64,000 nucleotides of DNA from an uncultured Synechococcus sp. (GCA_903855705.1 CAINZT010000103.1:1105-65104); one strand, 5' to 3'. Counted from the stretch's first letter, positions 28,937 to 40,079 are shown. Numbers and translations: made by a program. The notes: generated by a model from the sequence alone, not told the origin.

Positions 28937-30313
28937 CTACAGCAGGGCCTCTATCGCAGCTTTGAATTCGCTGCGCTGCTTCACGCCTTTGAACTGCTGC
29001 TTGAGTTCCTTACGGAAGAACAGCTGCACCGTTGGGGTACCGGTCACACCGGCTTGCTCGGCAATCGCCTGGTCGGCCTCAATATCGATCTCCACCCCTT
29101 GGGCGGCGCCAGCGAAGTCTTGGAGCACCCGCTTGAGCTGGGGCTTGAGCACATGGCAGGGGCCGCAGCTGGGCGACGAATAGACCACCAGCAGGGGCTT
29201 CTCGCAATCGTGGTAGAGCTTGCGCAGGGCGTAGCTGCCCTTCTGCCACAGGGCTGAGGGGTCGTAGTTGGCCTCATCGCTGATCGCCGTGCGCACCGGC
29301 TCTCCGGCCGGAGCCGGATCAACCGGGTCGTGGCTGACGGTGACCGCCAGGTCGTTGTGGGTGAGCCAGCGTTCCGCCGCCAGGGCCGCCTGGCAGCCAC
29401 TGCCGGCGGCCGTGATCCCCTGGCGCCATTCGGTATCGGCCACATCACCGGCGGCAAACACCCCCTCAACACTGGTTTCGGGCCGGCCGGAGCGCACCTG
29501 CACGTAGCCCTGGCCATCCAGCTCGATCTGGCCAGCCACCAGGCCCGTATTGGGTGTGTGGCCGATTGCATAGAAGAGGCCCTTCACGGCCAGGGTTTCG
29601 TCCTGGCCACTGGCCGTATCGCGCAGCTGAATCGTTTCGAGCCAGTCGCCTCCGGCCACATCGACCAAATCCCGGTTCCAGTGGACGCTGATGGCGGGGT
29701 TGGCCAGCACCCGATCGGCCATGGCCTTGCTGGCCCGCAGGGCATCGCGGCGCACAATCAGATGGACCTGGCTGCCGTATTTGGTGAGATAGACCGCTTC
29801 CTCACAGGCCGAATCGCCGCCGCCGACCACGGCCAGTTCGGCGTTACGGAACTGGGGGGTGGCACCATCGCAAATGGCGCAGGCACTGATGCCCCGGGTC
29901 CAGAAGTCCTGTTCATGGGGCAGGCCCAGCCGGTTGGCCCTGGCGCCAGTGGCCAGGATCAGGGCCTGGGTTTCGATCACCTGGCCCTCGACGCTGAGGC
30001 GATAGGGCCGTTGGCCCAGGTCAATGGAATCGGCGTCAGCCTCGATCAGGCGGGTGCCCCAGCGCACGGCCTGGGCCCGCATCCGGTCCATCAGGTCGGG
30101 GCCCAGGATCCCATCGGGGAAGCCGGGGAAATTTTCCACATCGGTGGTGGTCATCAACTGGCCGCCGGCAATGCCTCCCGCCTGGAAACCTGTGATCAGA
30201 AGGGGGCTGAGGTTGGCCCGGGCGGCATAGATGGCGGCGGTATAGCCAGCGGGCCCGGAGCCGACGATGACCAGGTTTTCCGGGGCGACCTGGGGGGCAG
30301 CGGCAGGGACCAT
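28937..30313 (-). CDS. trxB: Thioredoxin reductase with fused thioredoxin (NTRC type)
   Basis: [37 protein letters not shown]-terminal Trx domain with CGPC. Confidence 0.95.
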   Translation of the reverse strand: MVPAAAPQVAPENLVIVGSGPAGYTAAIYAARANLSPLLITGFQAGGIAGGQLMTTTDVENFPGFPDGILGPDLMDRMRAQAVRWGTRLIEADADSIDLGQRPYRLSVEGQVIETQALILATGARANRLGLPHEQDFWTRGISACAICDGATPQFRNAELAVVGGGDSACEEAVYLTKYGSQVHLIVRRDALRASKAMADRVLANPAISVHWNRDLVDVAGGDWLETIQLRDTASGQDETLAVKGLFYAIGHTPNTGLVAGQIELDGQGYVQVRSGRPETSVEGVFAAGDVADTEWRQGITAAGSGCQAALAAERWLTHNDLAVTVSHDPVDPAPAGEPVRTAISDEANYDPSALWQKGSYALRKLYHDCEKPLLVVYSSPSCGPCHVLKPQLKRVLQDFAGAAQGVEIDIEADQAIAEQAGVTGTPTVQLFFRKELKQQFKGVKQRSEFKAAIEALL

Positions 30314-30472
30314 CGGGTAAAGCGGACTCACTTCGCCTTGAATCTAGGGCTCCCAGCCTCAAGGTTGGGAGCCAGGGGCCCTAGGGGCAGATCCGGGAGC
30401 TCAGCCCAGGAGCGGGGGGCCAGGGAATACGGCGATTTGGGCGCGGAACCGCAGCAAATCCGAAGAAATGCT

Positions 30473-30751
30473 TTAAAATTCGATTCGTCCGTCCGACTCC
30501 CTGCCCCGCCAGTCCCGCAGTCCATCGCCCGTCGGGCGATCGGCCAGGGGATCCCCTGGTAAGGCCCTAGGAACCATCAACACCGATTCAGCTAGGAGCT
30601 CTGGCTGGTCATCCAGGCAGAGGATCCACTCCCGAAACTCCTGGGTTAGGGCGTAGCTGTCCTCATAGCGCTCGCGGGCGTCCAGGTTGGCAATACGCGC
30701 TACAGACCAGTTCATCGCCACCGAGAGGCGCCGCTGGATCGAACCGTGCAT
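30473..30751 (-). CDS. Hypothetical protein
   Basis: 92-aa ORF, co-directional between the helicase and trxB; YEDSYALTQEFREW. Confidence 0.7.
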   Translation of the reverse strand: MHGSIQRRLSVAMNWSVARIANLDARERYEDSYALTQEFREWILCLDDQPELLAESVLMVPRALPGDPLADRPTGDGLRDWRGRESDGRIEF

Positions 30752-30846
30752 GATTCAGCTCCGTTAGGGCCACGCTGGTCGACACAGGGCCGGGCCAGGG
30801 CGGCAAGTTCGCAGAAGTTCGCATTTTTTCTGGAATCAGACTGTAA

Positions 30847-32316
30847 TCACGGCTGCAGCAGAAAGTTCGGCAGTTGGGGACCGCGCAGACGAATCAGCTC
30901 TCCAGCTCCGTCGGCCATGGCCTCTAAGGGCAGCCCAGGCGCCCGTCCCCAGCCCTGGGGTTCGGCATCTTCCCCTAACCCAGGCCTGGTACGCAGCAGA
31001 TAGGGCTCACTGATCGTCCAGCTGCGGGCGTATTGCATCAGCAGCGGGTCCGCTGGGGCGAACACATAGGAGGGATGGCGGGGCACGGATTCCAGCTGGC
31101 TGCGATGTCCATCCATGCGCACCGCCCGGGTGATCGCTTGAACAAAGCGGCTACGGGTCACCACTGTTGTGAGATAGGCCACGACCCGCAGCCGCGGCGC
31201 ATCGAAGCCCTCCGAGGCCATGTCGATACTCACCAGCCAGTCGGCACGGCCGTTCTGGAAATCGGCCAGCCGGCTGGCGGCCTCCGGGTCCTGGGAATGG
31301 ACCAGCAGCACCTGGTCTCCCTCTTCGACCAGCAGCTGGCCGAGGCGGCGGGCGTGGGCGATGTCGCGGGCAATCACAATGCCGCCGGCGCCCGGATGGT
31401 GGCGTCGCACCATCTCCAAGCGTTTGCGGGCGTTGAGCAGCACCCGCAGGGCGATGCTGCTGCCATCGCCAAGGCGGATGGCCCGGCGCAGGTTGCGGGC
31501 CCGCCAGCTTTCCCGTTCCTCGGCGGACAGGGGCGAGCGTTCCAGGTCGGGATTGGTGCCCTCCTGGCGGCCGTGGTCGATCCAGCCATCTTGAAAGCGG
31601 AATTCCAGGGGCCGCACATCGCCTGCGGCGATCAACTGACGCGGTTCCACGCTCAGGTCCGGCGCTATCAGCTCAACCAGGGCGCCGGCCTCCTCCACCT
31701 GGATGCGGCGGGCGGAGCAAAAGCCCAGGTTGTCAGCCCGAAAAGGGGTGCCGGTGAGGCCCAGGCGCAGGCTGGCCCCGGCCGTTAAGGCGCTGAAGGT
31801 CTGGCCCCAGGCGCTGGCCTCCGGTTCTTCCGGATCGAGGCCCAGGTGGTGCACCTCATCGGCAATCGCCAGCCAGGCGCCAAGCTCGGCGCCGGCCAGC
31901 TGCTCCTGCAGGGCCGCCTGGTTGCGGCTGGCCGCCTGGTAGGTCAGCAGCAGGCCTTGCCAGGGGCCAGGGCTTTCGCTTGGCAGATCCAAAGGGGAGG
32001 CAGGGTCCCAGTCGCGCAGCTCCAAACCGAGGCGACTGGCGGCCAGGCGCCATTGGCTGGCGATCGAACTGCGGTGGGTGAACACCACAAACCGCTGCAG
32101 CCGCCCATCGCTAGCGAGGGCTTGATACCCCAATAGGGCGCCGAGGGTTTTACCGGCTCCAGGACCGGCGTGGATCAGCACGTCTTGGCCGCCGGGGTCC
32201 TGGCGCTCCAGGCGGCGGCGCAACAACTGGATGAGCTGGCTCTGCCACTGGCGCGGCCGCGGCGACTGGGCTCCCTTGGCGGGGCCGGAAACCAGGGTGA
32301 AGGACGGTGCTGCCAT
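30847..32316 (-). CDS. DEAD/DEAH-box (SF2) helicase-like protein
   Basis: PRQWQ, AGPGAGKT, DEVHH, LTGTPFR, SEGFDAP, QAITRAVR. Confidence 0.9.
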   Translation of the reverse strand: MAAPSFTLVSGPAKGAQSPRPRQWQSQLIQLLRRRLERQDPGGQDVLIHAGPGAGKTLGALLGYQALASDGRLQRFVVFTHRSSIASQWRLAASRLGLELRDWDPASPLDLPSESPGPWQGLLLTYQAASRNQAALQEQLAGAELGAWLAIADEVHHLGLDPEEPEASAWGQTFSALTAGASLRLGLTGTPFRADNLGFCSARRIQVEEAGALVELIAPDLSVEPRQLIAAGDVRPLEFRFQDGWIDHGRQEGTNPDLERSPLSAEERESWRARNLRRAIRLGDGSSIALRVLLNARKRLEMVRRHHPGAGGIVIARDIAHARRLGQLLVEEGDQVLLVHSQDPEAASRLADFQNGRADWLVSIDMASEGFDAPRLRVVAYLTTVVTRSRFVQAITRAVRMDGHRSQLESVPRHPSYVFAPADPLLMQYARSWTISEPYLLRTRPGLGEDAEPQGWGRAPGLPLEAMADGAGELIRLRGPQLPNFLLQP

Positions 32317-32471
32317 GGCGCCATTGTGTCCCCGCCCCTCGAATCGGCATCCGGACTGCAGATTGGAGCCTTGATTGCAGCAAACAATGGGTGTTTTGGC
32401 CCATTCCCAATCGAGCCAGGCTATTTAGTTTCAAGCCATCAGCCAGCTTCAGGGTCTTGCCCTGCCGGCCC

Positions 32472-32648
32472 ATGGATGCCTGCTTCCCCTTCTCTTTCGC
32501 GGTGGACCATTGGCGCGAGCGTTTCGAGCACGCTTGGCAGCAGGATTGCGACATTGATCCGATCATCCTGCGCACCCGCCTGTTGCGCTTACAGGGCCGC
32601 TGGCAACAGGCACGCTGCCTAGATCAGGAGTTGCTGCCCTATTTCTGA
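32472..32648 (+). CDS. Small hypothetical protein (58 aa)
   Basis: MDACFPFS...DIDPIILRTRLLRLQGR...LDQELLPYF; followed by a hairpin. Confidence 0.6.
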   Translation: MDACFPFSFAVDHWRERFEHAWQQDCDIDPIILRTRLLRLQGRWQQARCLDQELLPYF

Positions 32649-32696
32649 AGGGGCTGTTGGCATCAAGCGAAGCGGGGTCCCTGGCATGAACCAAAC

Positions 32697-32721
32697 AAAA
32701 ACCCAGGCTCTCGCCTGGGTT
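32697..32721. terminator. Putative intrinsic terminator between convergent genes
   Basis: AACCCAGGC-TCTC-GCCTGGGTT perfect hairpin preceded by an A-run (a U-tract on the minus strand). Confidence 0.6.
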
Positions 32722-32960
32722 GGCAAAGCTCAATACATTAGAAGCGATTTCTAAGCACTATCATTACCATCAAAACCAGCCAATAGGCCCTAGGCCAGGG
32801 TTGCCCTAAGCCGTTGAGCAGGATCACCAGCTTGGCCATGCACGACCAAGCTGAATAACCACTCAAAAGCACTCTTTATCGCCTTCTCTTCGATAGTCGG
32901 TTGGTATAATCAATAGGCGCCGATAGCAAGCTTGGAAATGGCTTTGGCGCCCTGGGTTGT

Positions 32961-33542
32961 TCAACCGATCGCTTCGGTGTGGTTAACCAAGAGGTGCTGC
33001 ACCTCATCAACCCCTTCGCTCGCAACCTGGCGGGCCAGATCCTGGGTGGCACCTGCGGTTTCGATCAACACGGCGGCCATGCGCTCAACCAGGGCCTGGC
33101 GTTGGCTGGTGAGGTGGCTGATCAGTTCCTGCTCAATCAGGTGGCGCACAGCCTTACCCCGCAGGCCGTTCTGGTCGGCTTCGGCCAGGGTGCCTTGCAC
33201 GAGCTCCTTGACGAACAGGCGCTGCACTTCGGTGCTGCGCAGGAAGCTTTCCATCGCATTGATGGCCCCGTCCACGACGGTGCGCTCCACTTCGGCGGGT
33301 TCCTCGTTGAGCTTGAACTCCCAGTCGAGGTGACGGCGCTGCCAGCCCTGCTGCTGCAGGTTAGGCATCACCGTTTGGCAGAAACTATCAACAGAAATTT
33401 CATAGACCCGTTCTGCCAGGCGCTCGCACCAATCGGAGCCGTGGGCGTGCAGGTTGTCGCGCAGAACTTCGCGCACCACCGCATGGCCGCCGTGGTGACT
33501 GTGGCAGACGCCATCGGGGCATTCGACCGCCGTGATCGCCAT
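32961..33542 (-). CDS. Picocyanobacterial hypothetical protein with Cys/His-rich N-terminus
   Basis: MAITAVECPDGVCHSHHGGHAV...WCERLAERVYEISVD; divergent from pntA. Confidence 0.8.
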   Translation of the reverse strand: MAITAVECPDGVCHSHHGGHAVVREVLRDNLHAHGSDWCERLAERVYEISVDSFCQTVMPNLQQQGWQRRHLDWEFKLNEEPAEVERTVVDGAINAMESFLRSTEVQRLFVKELVQGTLAEADQNGLRGKAVRHLIEQELISHLTSQRQALVERMAAVLIETAGATQDLARQVASEGVDEVQHLLVNHTEAIG

Positions 33543-33714
33543 GGGAATAGGGACGCAAAGAACAGACCATGGCCTAGCCAGGCCCCGAACTCTGGGCAAC
33601 AGGGCAAGGGCCAGTAGGGGCAATTGTGCTGGTCTGCGCACAATTGAGCTGGATCGCTTGTCTTGTCAGGAGCGAATGACGATCACTGAATGGACAGCTC
33701 AAGGAGAGCTTGGT

Positions 33715-34884
33715 TTGACGACTGTGTTAGTTGCCCGCGAACGGCGGGCTGGTGAAACGCGGGTGGCGGCCACACCGGAAACGGTGAAACGGCTGGTCGG
33801 CCTGGGCTGCAGCGTGCAGGTGGAGCAGGGGGCCGGCATGGCCGCCGGTTACCCGGATGGCGCCTATGGCGACGCCGGGGCCGAGCTCTTCGATGGCACC
33901 GCTGGCGAGGCAACCGATCGCTGGGCCGGGGCCGATGTGCTCCTGGCCGTCCAGGCCCCCCAGGCCGGCGCCGGGGCTGGCCTGGCCCAGCTGCGGCCGG
34001 GCGCCTTGGTGATGGGGCTGCTTGATCCCTTTGCCAACCGGGACCTGATCGGCACCCTGCTGGAACGCAAGCACTCGGCCATTGCCTTGGAGCTGCTGCC
34101 CCGCATCAGCCGGGCCCAGGCCATGGATGCCCTTTCCTCCCAGGCCAACATCGCCGGTTACAAGGCCGCCCTCCAGGCCGCTGCGGCCCTGGATCGCTTC
34201 TTCCCGATGCTGATGACCGCCGCCGGCACGGTGCAACCGGCCAAGGTGGTGGTGCTTGGGGCCGGCGTGGCGGGCCTGCAGGCGGTAGCCACGGCCCGCA
34301 GGCTCGGAGCCCTGGTCAAGGTCAGCGATGTGCGTCCGGCCGCCCGGGAACAGGTGGAATCCCTCGGCGCCCGCTTTATTGAACCGCCGGTGATGGAGCA
34401 AAGCCCCGGCGAAGCCGGCGGCTACGCCAAGGAGGCGGGTGCCGTATTCCTCGAAGCCCAGCGCCAGCTGCTAGCTCCCCACCTAGCCGAGGCCGATGTG
34501 GTGATCACCACGGCCCTCGTGCCTGGGCGGCCAGCCCCCCTGCTGATCACCCGCGACATGCTCGGCCTGTTGCGGCCCGGTGCCGTGGTGATGGACCTCG
34601 CCGTGGCCCAGGGCGGCAACTGCGCCGCCAGCCAGCCGGACCAGGAAACTGTGGTGGAAGGCGTGCGCGTGATTGGCGCCGGCAACCTGCCGGCATCGGT
34701 GCCCTTCCATGCCAGCTCCCTCTACGCCCGCAACTTGGCGGCCCTGCTCGAGTACGTGCTCAAGCAAGGCGGCCTAGCCCAGCTCGATCCGGAGGATCCC
34801 CTGATCGATCCCTGCCTGATCACCCACCAGGGCCAGTGCCGGCGCGCCGACCTCAGCCCCGTGGGCCAGGAGGTGGCGGCATGA
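33715..34884 (+). CDS. pntA: NAD(P) transhydrogenase alpha subunit part 1
   Basis: GETRVAATPETV, PRISRAQAMDALSSQANIAGYKA, GAGVAGLQA; TTG start after AAGGAG. Confidence 0.95.
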   Translation: MTTVLVARERRAGETRVAATPETVKRLVGLGCSVQVEQGAGMAAGYPDGAYGDAGAELFDGTAGEATDRWAGADVLLAVQAPQAGAGAGLAQLRPGALVMGLLDPFANRDLIGTLLERKHSAIALELLPRISRAQAMDALSSQANIAGYKAALQAAAALDRFFPMLMTAAGTVQPAKVVVLGAGVAGLQAVATARRLGALVKVSDVRPAAREQVESLGARFIEPPVMEQSPGEAGGYAKEAGAVFLEAQRQLLAPHLAEADVVITTALVPGRPAPLLITRDMLGLLRPGAVVMDLAVAQGGNCAASQPDQETVVEGVRVIGAGNLPASVPFHASSLYARNLAALLEYVLKQGGLAQLDPEDPLIDPCLITHQGQCRRADLSPVGQEVAA

Positions 34885-35177
34885 GCGACTTTTCCCTCAA
34901 CGAGGCCCTCTGGGTGTTGCTGCTCGGCAGCCTCCTCGGCTTCGAGCTGATCGGCAAGGTGCCCCCCACCCTGCACACACCGCTGATGTCCGGGGCAAAC
35001 GCCATCAGTGGCATCACCCTGCTGGCAGCCCTGGCCCTGATCGGCCAGGCCCCCTCACCGCCTTTACAAGCGCTTGGGGCCGTGGCCCTGGGCTTTGCCC
35101 TCTTCAACGTGATTGGTGGCTTCCTGGTCACCGACCGCATGCTCGCCATGTTCCGCCGCCGCGGAGGTGCCGCTTGA
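34881..35177 (+). CDS. NAD(P) transhydrogenase alpha subunit part 2
   Basis: KVPPTLHTPLMSGANAISGI...NVIGGFLVTDRML.MF. Confidence 0.95.
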   Translation: MSDFSLNEALWVLLLGSLLGFELIGKVPPTLHTPLMSGANAISGITLLAALALIGQAPSPPLQALGAVALGFALFNVIGGFLVTDRMLAMFRRRGGAA

Positions 35178-36580
35178 ACCAGTTACTGCTTGATCTCAGC
35201 GCCGTCCTGCTGCTGGCCCTGGGCCTGCGGGGATTGGCCAAATTGCGCACCGCCCGCATGGCCAACGGCCTCGCCGCCCTGGCCATTGGCCTGGCGGTGG
35301 TGGGCCTGCTGGTCAGCCAAGGCCTAGCCGGCTGGCCCTGGATGCTGGGCGGCCTGGCCGTCGGTGGCGGCATTGGGGTGGTGCTGGCCCTGCGGGTGCC
35401 CATGACCGCCATGCCCGAAACCGTGGCCCTGTTCAACGGCTGTGGTGGCATGGCCTCCCTACTGGTGGCCCTCGGGGCCGTTGGCCTGCCCGGCCCCATG
35501 GGCCTGCTGGCGACCGTGTCGGTGTTGGCCTCCGTCTTGGTTGGGGCGATCACCTTTAGCGGTTCGCTGGTGGCCATGGCCAAGCTGCAGGAATGGCTGG
35601 ATACGCCTGCCTGGACCCAGCGCCAGGCCCGCCACGCCGTCAACATCACCCTGGCCGTGGCCTGCCTGGCCTGCTGCGTGGTGGTGGTGCAGGGCCAGCC
35701 CTGGGGCCTGGCGCCCTTGACGGTTTTGGCCCTGCTGCTGGGGATCGGCCTGACCCTGCCGATCGGCGGGGCCGACATGCCGGTGGTGATTTCCCTGCTC
35801 AACTCCTATTCCGGGGTGGCTGCTGCCGCCGCCGGCTTTGTGGTGGGCAGTGCCCTGCTGATCGTGGCAGGCGCCATGGTGGGCGCCGCCGGCCTAATCC
35901 TCACCCAGGTGATGTGCACGGCCATGAACCGCTCGCTCACCTCGGTGCTGTTTGGTGGGGCCCTGGGGGCCAGCGCTGGCGCCGGCGGTGGCGAAAAGAA
36001 AGAAGCGGAGTCGTACGGGCGCATCACCAGCTGCAGCGCCGAGGAATGCGCCATGGCCCTGGAGCAGGCCGAGCGGGTGGTGTTTGTGCCCGGCTACGGC
36101 CTGGCCGTGGCCCAGGCCCAGCACAGCCTGCGGGAACTGGCCCGCCTGCTCGAAGGCCATGGCGTGGAGGTGAGCTACGCGATTCATCCGGTGGCCGGCC
36201 GCATGCCCGGCCACATGAACGTGCTGCTGGCCGAAGCCGATGTGCCCTACGACCAGCTGGTCGAGATGGACGTGATCAACCCCGAGTTTCCGCGAACCGA
36301 TGTGGTGATCGTGCTCGGGGCCAATGACGTGGTGAATCCCCAGGCCAAAAATGACCCCAGCAGCCCCCTCTTTGGCATGCCCGTGCTCGAGGTGGACCAG
36401 GCCCGCTCGGTCTATGTGGTGAAGCGGGGCCTGGGAGCTGGCTACGCCGGCATCAAGAACGGCCTGTTCGAGCTGCCCCAGACCGCCATGGTCTTTGGCG
36501 ATGCCAAGGCCGTGCTCAATGGCCTGATCACCGAGCTGCGCGGCATGGGCGTGGGCAAAAAGGCCCTGGCGGCGGTTTGA
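35174..36580 (+). CDS. pntB: NAD(P) transhydrogenase beta subunit
   Basis: MTAMPE.VA, IGGADMPVVISLLNSYSG, PGYGLAVAQAQ, HPVAGRMPGHMNVLLAEA. Confidence 0.97.
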   Translation: MNQLLLDLSAVLLLALGLRGLAKLRTARMANGLAALAIGLAVVGLLVSQGLAGWPWMLGGLAVGGGIGVVLALRVPMTAMPETVALFNGCGGMASLLVALGAVGLPGPMGLLATVSVLASVLVGAITFSGSLVAMAKLQEWLDTPAWTQRQARHAVNITLAVACLACCVVVVQGQPWGLAPLTVLALLLGIGLTLPIGGADMPVVISLLNSYSGVAAAAAGFVVGSALLIVAGAMVGAAGLILTQVMCTAMNRSLTSVLFGGALGASAGAGGGEKKEAESYGRITSCSAEECAMALEQAERVVFVPGYGLAVAQAQHSLRELARLLEGHGVEVSYAIHPVAGRMPGHMNVLLAEADVPYDQLVEMDVINPEFPRTDVVIVLGANDVVNPQAKNDPSSPLFGMPVLEVDQARSVYVVKRGLGAGYAGIKNGLFELPQTAMVFGDAKAVLNGLITELRGMGVGKKALAAV

Positions 36581-36681
36581 GGCCCAGGGCCTCGGGCCGC
36601 TGAGCGGACGACGCCAGGCCTGTTGATCAGCTCATGTTGGATGGATTGGCGGTGCCTTTTCAAAGGCCGCCGCCTTTTTGA

Positions 36682-37971
36682 TTGACCAGGGATCCACTCC
36701 GCAGGACTGGCTCAGTGCGATCGCCCCCTCGCGGGGAGGGGCCTGGCCGGGTGAGCCCAATGGACGGGCTTGCTGACAAGCTGCCAGCCCCAAGCGAGCG
36801 TCTTGCCTTGAAGTCGTCCCTGGCCGCCGAGCTGGGTCTGCCCCCGTTTCGGCCACGCTGGCCCTGGTGGGGCGCCGACCTCCAAACCCTGCGGGACACG
36901 CTGCGGATGTCGCCCTTTGGGCCCGATAAGGGCCAGCCCGTCCTGACGGATCTGGGGCCAGGGGAGCGGTTGCTGTCGTTCCTTGATGGGCCCCTTGATG
37001 GGCCAATCAATCAGCCCCTGCCCCATCCCCTCACGGCGAGGGGCGATCTGGGCCAAGCCCGGGGCCTGGTGCTCGTGCTCCACGGTCTGGGCGGTTCGAG
37101 CCAGGCCCCGGGCGTGCGGCGCCTGGGCCAGCTCCTGCAGCAAAATGGCTTTGGCGTGCTGCGTCCCAACCTGCGCGGCGCCGGCCTGGGCCGCCCCCTG
37201 GCCCAGGGCTCCTACGCGGCCCAGTGCAATCGCGACCTGCTGCCGTTGCTCGCCCAGGCGCGCCAGCTGGCCGAGGGGCGTCCCCTGCTGGCGGTGGGCC
37301 TTTCCCTGGGGGGAACGGTGTTGCTGAATGGCTGCCTGGCCCAAACTTCGCTGGGCTCGCCGGCCCCAAGCCCCCCGGGCCTGCCCTGCCTCGATGGCCT
37401 GGCCTGCGTCAGCAGCCCCTTGGATCTGGCCGCCTGTTCGGCCCAGATCGACCAGCCCCGCAACCGGATCTACCAACGCTGGCTGCTGCAGCGGCTCGAT
37501 CAGCAGGTGCGAGGCGATGCCCGGGCCGATCGCCCGGATGGCTTGTCAGCGGGCCCAGGCGGGCCGGCGCCATCGATCCGCAGCTTCGATGCCCAGATCA
37601 CGGCTCCCCGCTGGGGCTACCCCTCGGTGGACGCTTACTACGCCGAGGCCAGTCCCCTGGCACCGCTGCTCCAGGGCGCCCAGGGCCAGGGGCTAGGCCT
37701 GCCGCCGACCCTCTGGCTTCATGCCAGCGATGACCCCTGGGTGCCCGCGAACGGCACTGAAGCTCTGGCTGAAGCTCTGGCTGGGGCTCTGGCTGGGGCC
37801 CTAGCCGGATCCTGGGACGCCCAAGCTCCTCGGCGAGGGCCTTGGGAGGTGCTGATCACCCCTGGCGGCGGCCACAACGGCTTCCATGGCCAAGGGGATC
37901 CGAGCACCGCCAGCTGGAGCGATCGACTGGTGTTGGCGTGGCTGCTGCGGCTAGTGGGATCAGCCGGCTGA
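36682..37971 (+). CDS. YheT-family alpha/beta hydrolase
   Basis: LQTL, LHGLGGSS, GLSLGG, DDPWVP, GGHNGF. Start uncertain. Confidence 0.85.
   Translation: MTRDPLRRTGSVRSPPRGEGPGRVSPMDGLADKLPAPSERLALKSSLAAELGLPPFRPRWPWWGADLQTLRDTLRMSPFGPDKGQPVLTDLGPGERLLSFLDGPLDGPINQPLPHPLTARGDLGQARGLVLVLHGLGGSSQAPGVRRLGQLLQQNGFGVLRPNLRGAGLGRPLAQGSYAAQCNRDLLPLLAQARQLAEGRPLLAVGLSLGGTVLLNGCLAQTSLGSPAPSPPGLPCLDGLACVSSPLDLAACSAQIDQPRNRIYQRWLLQRLDQQVRGDARADRPDGLSAGPGGPAPSIRSFDAQITAPRWGYPSVDAYYAEASPLAPLLQGAQGQGLGLPPTLWLHASDDPWVPANGTEALAEALAGALAGALAGSWDAQAPRRGPWEVLITPGGGHNGFHGQGDPSTASWSDRLVLAWLLRLVGSAG
37759..37806 (+). repeat. 12-bp in-frame tandem repeat x4 (EALA/GALA)
   Basis: GAAGCTCTGGCT GAAGCTCTGGCT GGGGCTCTGGCT GGGGCCCTAGCC. 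Confidence 0.85.
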
Positions 37972-37993
37972 CTCAGCTGCTGACCCTGAATGG

Positions 37994-38365
37994 CTAAGGC
38001 GATCCCGCTTGGGCCTCAAGGGGCAAGGACCGCTCCTGGAACGGCCATCGCTGCAGAATCCAGGCCTCGATTGGCTGGCCGCCGACCACATGCTCCGCAA
38101 CGATCCGCTCGATCCGCTCTGGCGTGACCCCGCCGTAGACGATGCCTTCGGGCCAGATCAACAGGATCGGGCCATCCCGACAGATGCGCAGGCAGTCGGC
38201 TTTGGTGCGCAGCACGATGCCCCCGGGGCGGCCAGGGATCTCGAGGCCCAGCTCGCGCACTAGGGCCTTGAGCCGCTCCCAGCTGGCTTGGCCCACGGCT
38301 GGATCCGCCGGGCAGCAAAGGTTCTTGCTGGGGGTAGCGCAGAGAAGCAGGTGGTGGGCGATCAC
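37994..38365 (-). CDS. Thioredoxin-like (2Fe-2S) ferredoxin
   Basis: HLLLCA.....CC...RTKADCLRIC.DGP.L.IWPEG..Y. Confidence 0.88.
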   Translation of the reverse strand: MIAHHLLLCATPSKNLCCPADPAVGQASWERLKALVRELGLEIPGRPGGIVLRTKADCLRICRDGPILLIWPEGIVYGGVTPERIERIVAEHVVGGQPIEAWILQRWPFQERSLPLEAQAGSP

Positions 38366-38427
38366 GGTCGGGGGGGCGATCAGGCGGGTCGATGGGTCCG
38401 ATCAATCCGGCAGGTTCATTGGGCGGT

Positions 38428-39678
38428 TCAACCGGCCGCCGTGACCACCGGGCGAGCGCCCGATCCGGCGGCAGCCTCCCGCACGGCCTGGCGGGCCCAG
38501 GCATCCGTGGCCAGCACATCGGCCAGGGCGGGATCGGCCTTGAGATCGACCCGGTGGCGATCACAGACCCGTTCGATCAGCCTGGGAATGTCCACAAAGG
38601 CGATCTGTTCCTCTAGGAACAGGGCCACGGCCTGTTCATTGGCGGCATTCATGGCCGCCGGCATGGTGCCGCCGGCCCGGCCTGCCGCGTAGGCCAGCTG
38701 CATGCAGGGGTATTTGGCCGGATCGGGCTGGCGGAACGTGAGCTGGCCCACGGCGGTGAGATCGAGGCGGCGCCAGGGGGTCTCCAACCGCTCGGGCCAG
38801 CTGAGGCAGTAGAGGATTGGCAGTTTCATGTCGGGCCAACCCAGCTGGGCTAGCACCGAGGAATCGGCCAGTTCCACCATCGAATGGATGATCGATTGGG
38901 GGTGGATGATGATTTCAATCTGGTCGTAATCGATGCCAAAGAGGTAGTGGGCCTCGATCACTTCGAGGCCCTTGTTCATCAGGCTGGCGCTATCGACCGT
39001 GATCTTGCGGCCCATGCTCCAGTTGGGATGGCTGGTGGCATCGGCCACCGTGGCCTTCACCAAGTCGGCGGCGTCCCAATCGCGGAAGGCGCCACCCGAG
39101 GCGGTGAGCTGGATGCGGCGCAGGCCGGGGGTGGGGATTCCGGTGGAGAGCCGGGCCGTGTCGGCCCAAGGGGTGCCCTGAAGGCACTGGAAGATGGCGG
39201 AGTGCTCGGAATCGGCCGGCAGCAACCGCGAGCCGGAGCGGGCCAGCTCCGGCAGCACCACCGGTCCGGCGGCGATCAAGGTTTCCTTGTTGGCCAGGGC
39301 CAGGTCCTTGCCGGCCCGGATCGCAGCGAGGGTGGGCAGCAGGCCGGCGCAGCCAACGATCCCGGTGACGACCAGATCGGCCGTGGGCCAGGCGGCGGCA
39401 GCGCAGAGGCCTTCGGAGCCGCCCAGCAATTCAGGGAAGGGGGACGGGCGATCTTGGGGATCGAGGGCCAGCAGCCGCTCCCGGAGCGTCGCCACCAGCT
39501 CGCCATCGGCCAAGGCCACCACTTCGGGGAGATGGCGCTGGATTTGCTCAATCAGCAGGTCGAGGTTGCGGCCGGCGGTGAGGGCCACCACGCGGAAGCG
39601 ATCCGGGAAATCCTCGACGATCTCCAGGGTTTGGGTGCCGATCGAGCCCGTGGATCCCAGCACGCTGAGGGCTTTCAC
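38428..39678 (-). CDS. dxr: 1-deoxy-D-xylulose-5-phosphate reductoisomerase
   Basis: [48 protein letters not shown]. Confidence 0.98.
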   Translation of the reverse strand: MKALSVLGSTGSIGTQTLEIVEDFPDRFRVVALTAGRNLDLLIEQIQRHLPEVVALADGELVATLRERLLALDPQDRPSPFPELLGGSEGLCAAAAWPTADLVVTGIVGCAGLLPTLAAIRAGKDLALANKETLIAAGPVVLPELARSGSRLLPADSEHSAIFQCLQGTPWADTARLSTGIPTPGLRRIQLTASGGAFRDWDAADLVKATVADATSHPNWSMGRKITVDSASLMNKGLEVIEAHYLFGIDYDQIEIIIHPQSIIHSMVELADSSVLAQLGWPDMKLPILYCLSWPERLETPWRRLDLTAVGQLTFRQPDPAKYPCMQLAYAAGRAGGTMPAAMNAANEQAVALFLEEQIAFVDIPRLIERVCDRHRVDLKADPALADVLATDAWARQAVREAAAGSGARPVVTAAG

Positions 39679-39836
39679 AGGCGGATCGGCAACGGTGGCG
39701 GCCAGTCTCCCACCGGGCCCGCAGCCGGGGCTCCAGACCGGCCGGCAGCGGACACCCAGCACTTGGCCTGGGATGCCCGATGCCCAGGGAGAGGCTTAAC
39801 TGGGGCAAATTGCCACCCACCGGTTGGGGCTGCCCC

Positions 39837-40079
39837 ATGAGCGCGTTCCTGACCAACCTGCAAGGGCTGCTGCAGCGCTGGAATTTCATCGAGCGGGCCA
39901 AGCTGGAGAGCCAGCTTTGGGAAGCCTTTGAGCGGGGCGAAGCCCTCGAAACCCTGGTGGATCAATGCCCTCCTGGGTTTCAGAAGGAGGTGTGGACCAC
40001 CACCTTGGTGCGCATTCGCAAGATTGAACAACTGATGCAGGGCAAACAAGCCCCAGCAATCCAACCTGATGCGGACTAA
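39837..40079 (+). CDS. Small hypothetical protein
   Basis: FIERAKLESQLWEAFERGE...FQKEVWTTTLVRIRKIE. Confidence 0.7.
   Translation: MSAFLTNLQGLLQRWNFIERAKLESQLWEAFERGEALETLVDQCPPGFQKEVWTTTLVRIRKIEQLMQGKQAPAIQPDAD

Noticed and set aside
28937..30313. TrxR-Trx fusion as a novelty
   Set aside because: This is the well-known NTRC architecture of cyanobacteria and plastids.
30847..32316. SF2 helicase as an anti-phage system
   Set aside because: No nuclease, methylase or other defence partner is adjacent, and it sits in the core trxB-pnt neighbourhood.
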